A program made the translations under genes and the position numbers. This document shows positions 54,156 to 58,862 of a stretch of DNA of 58,862 nucleotides, one piece after another. The stretch's first letter is position 1; each line of letters opens with the position of its first letter. The DNA is from Chloroflexota bacterium (lineage in GTDB: Bacteria > Chloroflexota > Anaerolineae > B4-G1 > SLSP01). The stretch covers positions 1 to 58,862 of the forward strand of contig JAIOAS010000004.1 of assembly GCA_019873725.1 (NCBI GenBank), read 5' to 3'. The notes under the pieces are model-generated. The model was not told the DNA's origin. It did no database searches and was given only the letters and a program-made list of their open reading frames with translations.

Positions 54156-55500
54156 TCAATGCCCCTTCCAGAAGTTCAAACACTGGTTCCAGACCTTCAA
54201 CACCGGCGGCACGGATCAGTTCAAGGTCACGCAGCGCCTCACGCACTACGCCTAGTGCAGTAGTAATATCGAGAGCGCGACGGTATTCGGTCAAAGTAGG
54301 GAGAAGGAGAACCGAACTTTGTGTAGCAGCAGACCAATGTGAGTCACAAACGGCTTGACCGATTCGCGCAGCCGCAAGTGTATATTGCGCATCATACAAG
54401 TCTGTGGTAAGCTGTAATCGCCTCTGGCAATAATCTATCGCACGTTCGAATTGTTCAATTGCTGGTTGGTGTTGACAGAGACGTGCTATCCCCAAAGCTA
54501 GTACAGCCTGGTAATTGGTTTCGGTAACATTGAAATCGCACGCTTTTTCAAAACAGTGTTCCGCTGTGGCAAATTCACCAATGCTTAACCATATTCTCCC
54601 ACATTCCCACCAACGGTAACTTGCTATACGAGGATCATTGAGTACCTCGGCCAGAGCCAACGCCTCACGAACTAGAACGAGGGCTTGCTCGGAACGTTGC
54701 TGGATTGCATAGAGTGACCCCAAAAAACCCAACCAGACGCATATTCGCCGCCGATCTTGTAGGGATCGAGCAATCTGCAAAGCTATTTCACAACAATGGA
54801 GCGCATCCTCTAGGCGTCCCAATCTGCAGTAGGTAATGCCTAGACGGCCAGTTTGTACACCTTCTTCCAGACGATTATCAATGCGCCGTGCTATTGCTAG
54901 AGACTGTTGGTAACATTCCACCGCTGCATCAAATCGCCCAATACTGTTGTAGGCATGCCCCAAGTTACCAAGAATTTCGACTTCAGTGTCAGGAGTATTG
55001 TTTGCCTGGGCGAGTTGCAAGGCGGCTTGATCCATCGCGATAGCCCGATTGATCTGCCCAAGAGTACGATATGCCCGGCCTAGACGCAGTAGCTGAACAC
55101 TCTCCATCTGGTGATCGCCTATTTGACGTGCCAGTGCCAGCGCCTGGTGGTAGAAGTCGAGCGATATGTCAACTTGGTTGCGTGAGTAATATGCCAGACC
55201 CAGACTGCTGTAATTCGTGAGTCGCAGATAGGGATCACTCAAGTGCCCGCTGAGTTGTTGGCGCAATGTTGTCAGAAGTTCCACGTGCCCCCAACGATAC
55301 AAATATGCATAATCAATACTATCCAACAAGCGTGCAGCCACTTCGTAATCTATAGCCCGCACACGATGCACAAGTTCAGTCAATTGGGGCATCAAATCTT
55401 CAGTGGTCTGCCACTCACTTGGCGGTTTACGGATACTGGCATAGTAGTCCGCTGCGCGTAATTCAGCTTCGCGCTGAGTATAATTGGCTCGACTATTCAC
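54148..55500 (-). CDS. TPR-repeat protein, STAND sensor-like cassette 2
   Basis: By alignment with the paralogs, the start is GTG 55500 (MNSRANYTQREAELRAADYYASIRKP), with GGAG upstream. The tail is DLELIRAAGVEGLEPVFELLEGALNG. The start overlaps the NTPase stop. Confidence 0.85.
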   Translation of the reverse strand: MNSRANYTQREAELRAADYYASIRKPPSEWQTTEDLMPQLTELVHRVRAIDYEVAARLLDSIDYAYLYRWGHVELLTTLRQQLSGHLSDPYLRLTNYSSLGLAYYSRNQVDISLDFYHQALALARQIGDHQMESVQLLRLGRAYRTLGQINRAIAMDQAALQLAQANNTPDTEVEILGNLGHAYNSIGRFDAAVECYQQSLAIARRIDNRLEEGVQTGRLGITYCRLGRLEDALHCCEIALQIARSLQDRRRICVWLGFLGSLYAIQQRSEQALVLVREALALAEVLNDPRIASYRWWECGRIWLSIGEFATAEHCFEKACDFNVTETNYQAVLALGIARLCQHQPAIEQFERAIDYCQRRLQLTTDLYDAQYTLAAARIGQAVCDSHWSAATQSSVLLLPTLTEYRRALDITTALGVVREALRDLELIRAAGVEGLEPVFELLEGALNG

Positions 55501-57307
55501 CTTGCTCCTGTTCTCCTTCTGGAATCCGCCGGTACACATACTCGCGATCCATCGGGTGCAAACTATACTCCCCCGTCGCCCGATTGAAGGTCACGAAGTA
55601 GCTGTTGACCAAACGCCGCAGGCTGGCGCGCACATCCAACGCCGGGAACCAGGGTTGCAGCAGAAAGGCAATCGCCGTAGCATCGACAGGACGGTTGAAG
55701 ACCGCCAACGCTTCCATCACGCGACGTTCTTCTTCTCCCAAACGTTCATACCCGGCAGCGATCAAGCCTTCCATCACTTGTTCGCCAAACACGGTTTCAT
55801 CGGCCAATAGCTCAGTCAACGTCAACGTCGGGTCCCGATCCAGGATGCCGGCCAGGACTTCCAGGGCGCGCGGGATGCCCTGCGTGAGCTGCGCAGCGCG
55901 ACGCAGATCAGCTTCTGGCGCGTCACGCAATCCCAGGCGACCGTCGGGGTCGAAATCGCGCAGCAAAGCCATAGCATCATCTTCCGGCAGCCCTTCGCGT
56001 AGAGGGATGTGCCGCGCGCTTCGTACTGCCGCTGGCGCTACGGAGACTTGCTCCCGCGAGGTCGTAATCAATCGCGTCCCACCCGGTTGCAGCATACAGC
56101 GTTCTACGAAGAGCCGCAGTCCTTCCTCTTGAATGGCGTTGTCGTCATCCAACACATCTTCCAGGTTATCGAGCAAAATGACGTACACACCTTCTTGCAG
56201 TGTTTCCAGCAAATACTCCACCTTGGCGGCCAATGGCGTGTCGCGATCAGCCCACCGCGCGGCCAGGCGACTCGCTACGGGGTCGCCCAACATGCGGCCC
56301 ACATCGGTGTAGAGGCGTTCCAGGCTCAGTCCCGTGCTTCGCGCACTCAGGTAGAGTATCCCGTCCACCACTTGCGCCGCTGTCTTGCCCTGTGCCCCGG
56401 ATGCCGTTTCCACGGGTGCGTTTGTCAATATCGTTAGCTCGTCCGCCAGTTCGAGTAACCGGCGCTGGTTGGCGTCGCCATATTCCGTTTGTTCACTCAA
56501 AACGTGCAACAACAGCACCAGCGCATTCTCTGCGTGACCGGAAATGTCAGCCGTGTGGGCAAATAAGAAGGCAATCGTCCGCTGAATACGAGCAAAGACG
56601 CTATCGGCTTCGGGAATTTGGCTCTGCCAGGGAGCCAACCGCGCATCCACGAAGATAGCACGCAAGGCCGCGTCACTGTCGAATGCCCCACATGTCTGCA
56701 AAGCCGCACGTAGGCGACTGTAAAGCGCAGGGGGAATCCCAGCCGGTCGTTCACCAGGCACTGCTTCGGTAACGGGCGCGATCATCTCTTCCAGATCGGC
56801 CAGCACGTAACTGACCAACGCCGTCTTTCCCATACCTCCACGCCCTACCACACTGACCAAACGCACCGTGCCGTCGGTCAGATGCTCCCGCAATGCCAGG
56901 GCTTCGCGCACGCGATCCTTGAAAGTGTGCGTGACGTCCAGAGGGCGGACATTGACCACACGCTGTCGTTCGCGCCGCTCGCGGCGGTCGGCGTCATCCC
57001 AATCGCGCTTGGCACGCCACCAGGCCATATCCGCATCGAGCTGCGCCTGCGACCAGGCGGCAATGGCGGCATCCCAGGCCACATCAGGACGAATGGTTTT
57101 GCCGGCGTTCACCAATTCATAGACGCGATCTTCCTGGACAATGCGTTTGAGCAGCTCGCGTGCCTTGTGGCCTTGCTCTTGAGCCGGCAGTGCGTCGTAA
57201 TCCAGGCCTAAGTCAAAGCAGAGCGTACTCAAGTCATCGGCGGTCATCTGTGCAGCCAGTACCTGGCGCAGCGGGCTGAGATGCTGGGTCAAACTTGGTG
57301 TGGTCAT
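55493..57307 (-). CDS. NB-ARC/STAND NTPase lacking its own repeat sensor, with N-terminal EAD/death-like adaptor
   Basis: Has P-loop VVGRGGMGKTALV, Walker B VYVILLDNLED, GGTRLITTSRE, a GLPLAL-like QGIPRALEV and a winged-helix end YSLHPMDREYVYRRI. The N-terminus is LRQVLAAQMTADDLSTLCFDLGLDYDALP...KARELLKRI. Confidence 0.85.
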   Translation of the reverse strand: MTTPSLTQHLSPLRQVLAAQMTADDLSTLCFDLGLDYDALPAQEQGHKARELLKRIVQEDRVYELVNAGKTIRPDVAWDAAIAAWSQAQLDADMAWWRAKRDWDDADRRERRERQRVVNVRPLDVTHTFKDRVREALALREHLTDGTVRLVSVVGRGGMGKTALVSYVLADLEEMIAPVTEAVPGERPAGIPPALYSRLRAALQTCGAFDSDAALRAIFVDARLAPWQSQIPEADSVFARIQRTIAFLFAHTADISGHAENALVLLLHVLSEQTEYGDANQRRLLELADELTILTNAPVETASGAQGKTAAQVVDGILYLSARSTGLSLERLYTDVGRMLGDPVASRLAARWADRDTPLAAKVEYLLETLQEGVYVILLDNLEDVLDDDNAIQEEGLRLFVERCMLQPGGTRLITTSREQVSVAPAAVRSARHIPLREGLPEDDAMALLRDFDPDGRLGLRDAPEADLRRAAQLTQGIPRALEVLAGILDRDPTLTLTELLADETVFGEQVMEGLIAAGYERLGEEERRVMEALAVFNRPVDATAIAFLLQPWFPALDVRASLRRLVNSYFVTFNRATGEYSLHPMDREYVYRRIPEGEQEQGE

Positions 57308-58719
57308 ACGGTATTCTCCTGTAAGCTTGTAGGCGACGGCAAAGCGTCACCCGGTAAGGGTTGCCAATCAGCTATGGCCTGTTCTAACAAGACAAATGCC
57401 GGTTCTAGGCCGTCGATGCCGGCAGCACGGATGAGTTCCAGGTCACAAATAACATCTTTTACTACACCAGGTGCAGAACACATCTTTATTGCTTTTCGAT
57501 ACTCTTTTAATGATGGTATAAGTAGTTCGTGACGATTACATTGTGTTTTCCACTTTTCAGTGGCGACTACAAAACCCGCCAAAGCAGTGGCCAGTGAATA
57601 ACGGGGACGGTATAAGGTCACGGCATTGCTTAACAATGACTTGCTCTGAGTGATTGCCTCGGCAAATACATTTTTAGCGTTTGGATCAGACTGATGTAAC
57701 ATCGTGATGCCTAACACTAAAGTCGCGTTGTACTGGATATCTGGGATATCAGACACTATGGCTGCGGTGCAGCAGCTAAAGGCTTCAGAGATAGCACCAA
57801 TAGATAGCAAGGCTCTCCCCAGCATCGTTAATGCGTAGCTTACCGCACGTTCTTCGTGAATTCCTCGAGCGATTTCTAAAGAAACTTCATGACAGCGAAT
57901 AGCCTGTCTGAAATCTCCTAGGCTCTGATGTGCTATACCAATACAATTATGCAATATACACTCACTACGACGGTTGCCTATTTTTTGATTTATCTTCATG
58001 GCTTCTTCATACAACTCGATCGCTTCCTCAAATTGCCCCAGAGCTTGATAGATCAGTCCCAAGCCATGTAGATTCAATACAGTATTACCAGAATCTTCCA
58101 TTTCCCTTGCAATTGCCAAGCCATACCTATAAAACTTAGTTGCTTCTCCTATCTTCCCCAGTGTAAAATTAACAGAGCCAAGGTTTCCATATTGAGATGA
58201 TTCTAATTGCTGATCGCCAATAACCCGTGAAATAGCAAGGGATTTCTTGTATGATAGCATTGCTAGTTTTATTTGCCCAAGGATTTGATAAGTCTTACCA
58301 AGAGAGTTATGCAAATGAGCCTCAAGATAGGGTACGTTGATTCCTTGCGCGATACTCAGTGCTTGTGTATATAACTGACTGGCATGTTCTATATGACCCA
58401 TAGCATAATGAACGAATCCCAGATTGCTTAAGTTCATAGAACGTTGACCAGGGTCTATCAAGTATTTCTGGAGTTGCTGACGCATTTGTGCTAAGCGCTC
58501 ATAATATCCCCAGGTGGAGAGGTAATTTCGATCAACCGATTCAAGAATTTCAAACGCTTCTTTGATGTTTTGGCTGCATAATCTATGTTCAAACTCTGCT
58601 AGTTGTGGGGTCAAGTCATCAATTGTCTTCCACTCATCTTTCGGCTTGCGGATACTGGCATAATACTGCGCGGCACGCAGTTCCAGGGATCGGCAGGTGT
58701 AGGAGCTAACGTTGTTCAT
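57304..58719 (-). CDS. TPR-repeat protein, STAND sensor-like cassette 3 (very low GC)
   Basis: Starts MNNVSSYTCRSLELRAAQYYASIRKP. Has TPR repeats and the tail DLELIRAAGIDGLEPAFVLLEQAI. Its stop overlaps the NTPase ATG (ATGA). Confidence 0.85.
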   Translation of the reverse strand: MNNVSSYTCRSLELRAAQYYASIRKPKDEWKTIDDLTPQLAEFEHRLCSQNIKEAFEILESVDRNYLSTWGYYERLAQMRQQLQKYLIDPGQRSMNLSNLGFVHYAMGHIEHASQLYTQALSIAQGINVPYLEAHLHNSLGKTYQILGQIKLAMLSYKKSLAISRVIGDQQLESSQYGNLGSVNFTLGKIGEATKFYRYGLAIAREMEDSGNTVLNLHGLGLIYQALGQFEEAIELYEEAMKINQKIGNRRSECILHNCIGIAHQSLGDFRQAIRCHEVSLEIARGIHEERAVSYALTMLGRALLSIGAISEAFSCCTAAIVSDIPDIQYNATLVLGITMLHQSDPNAKNVFAEAITQSKSLLSNAVTLYRPRYSLATALAGFVVATEKWKTQCNRHELLIPSLKEYRKAIKMCSAPGVVKDVICDLELIRAAGIDGLEPAFVLLEQAIADWQPLPGDALPSPTSLQENTV

Positions 58720-58862
58720 GCAATGCTCCTTCCAGGAGTTCAAAGGCCGGTTGAAGTGCGCCCATAAAACTGGACACCAAAACGAAGTTTCTTAGTGAAT
58801 ATGCTCGGCAGCATCCGTCGCGTTCGCATAAAATTGTGCCTCAAATTCCACTGGGGTCAAGT

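Noticed and set aside
58792-58862. Partial minus-strand ORF at the window edge ending ..LTPVEFEAQFYANATDAAEHIH*
   Set aside because: Only 23 codons are visible, which is too short to call or name.

Overview
High-GC, MGE-rich accessory window; the gene content looks Chloroflexota-like, but that is inference only. All calls come from reading the sequence and ORF track by eye; no searches or folding programs were run.

Contents, left to right:
- A partial secreted CBM/Calx-beta gene, a LacI regulator with two palindromic operators, and a truncated radical-SAM gene beside a low-GC segment that carries an intact paralog and an IS with a target-site duplication (TSD).
- Hypothetical genes, then a plasmid/phage-like replication module: a winged-helix/PD-(D/E)XK protein, DnaB, and a duplicated-winged-helix Rep with a zinc ribbon.
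- A cas-less CRISPR array of 35 identical 37-nt repeats. An intact IS21-family element splits it inside a spacer, and a solo IS21 end truncates it mid-repeat.
- A LexA-boxed imuB-dnaE2 mutagenesis cassette.
- A complete diversity-generating retroelement (DGR): RT, Avd and a template repeat (TR), plus two variable repeats (VRs) with adenine-specific mismatches. The VRs lie in the C-terminal FGE-sulfatase/C-type-lectin (CLec) domains of two flanking Ser/Thr kinases.
- A zinc-ribbon/beta-propeller/CHAT protease, glycan-related genes, a third kinase and a nucleotidyltransferase.
- A MITE-like IS21 derivative, and an IS carrying a sigma-70-like ORF coupled to its transposase.
- A promoter-to-terminator small-RNA candidate, then a small membrane protein and a 1322-aa HerA-like ATPase with a long disordered insert.
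- A convergent operon with a split NB-ARC STAND NTPase and three paralogous low-GC TPR cassettes.

The strongest candidates for unusual biology are the dual-target kinase DGR, the split STAND/TPR cassette operon, the membrane-protein/giant HerA-like pair with its upstream RNA, and the orphan CRISPR array on a replicon-like backbone.
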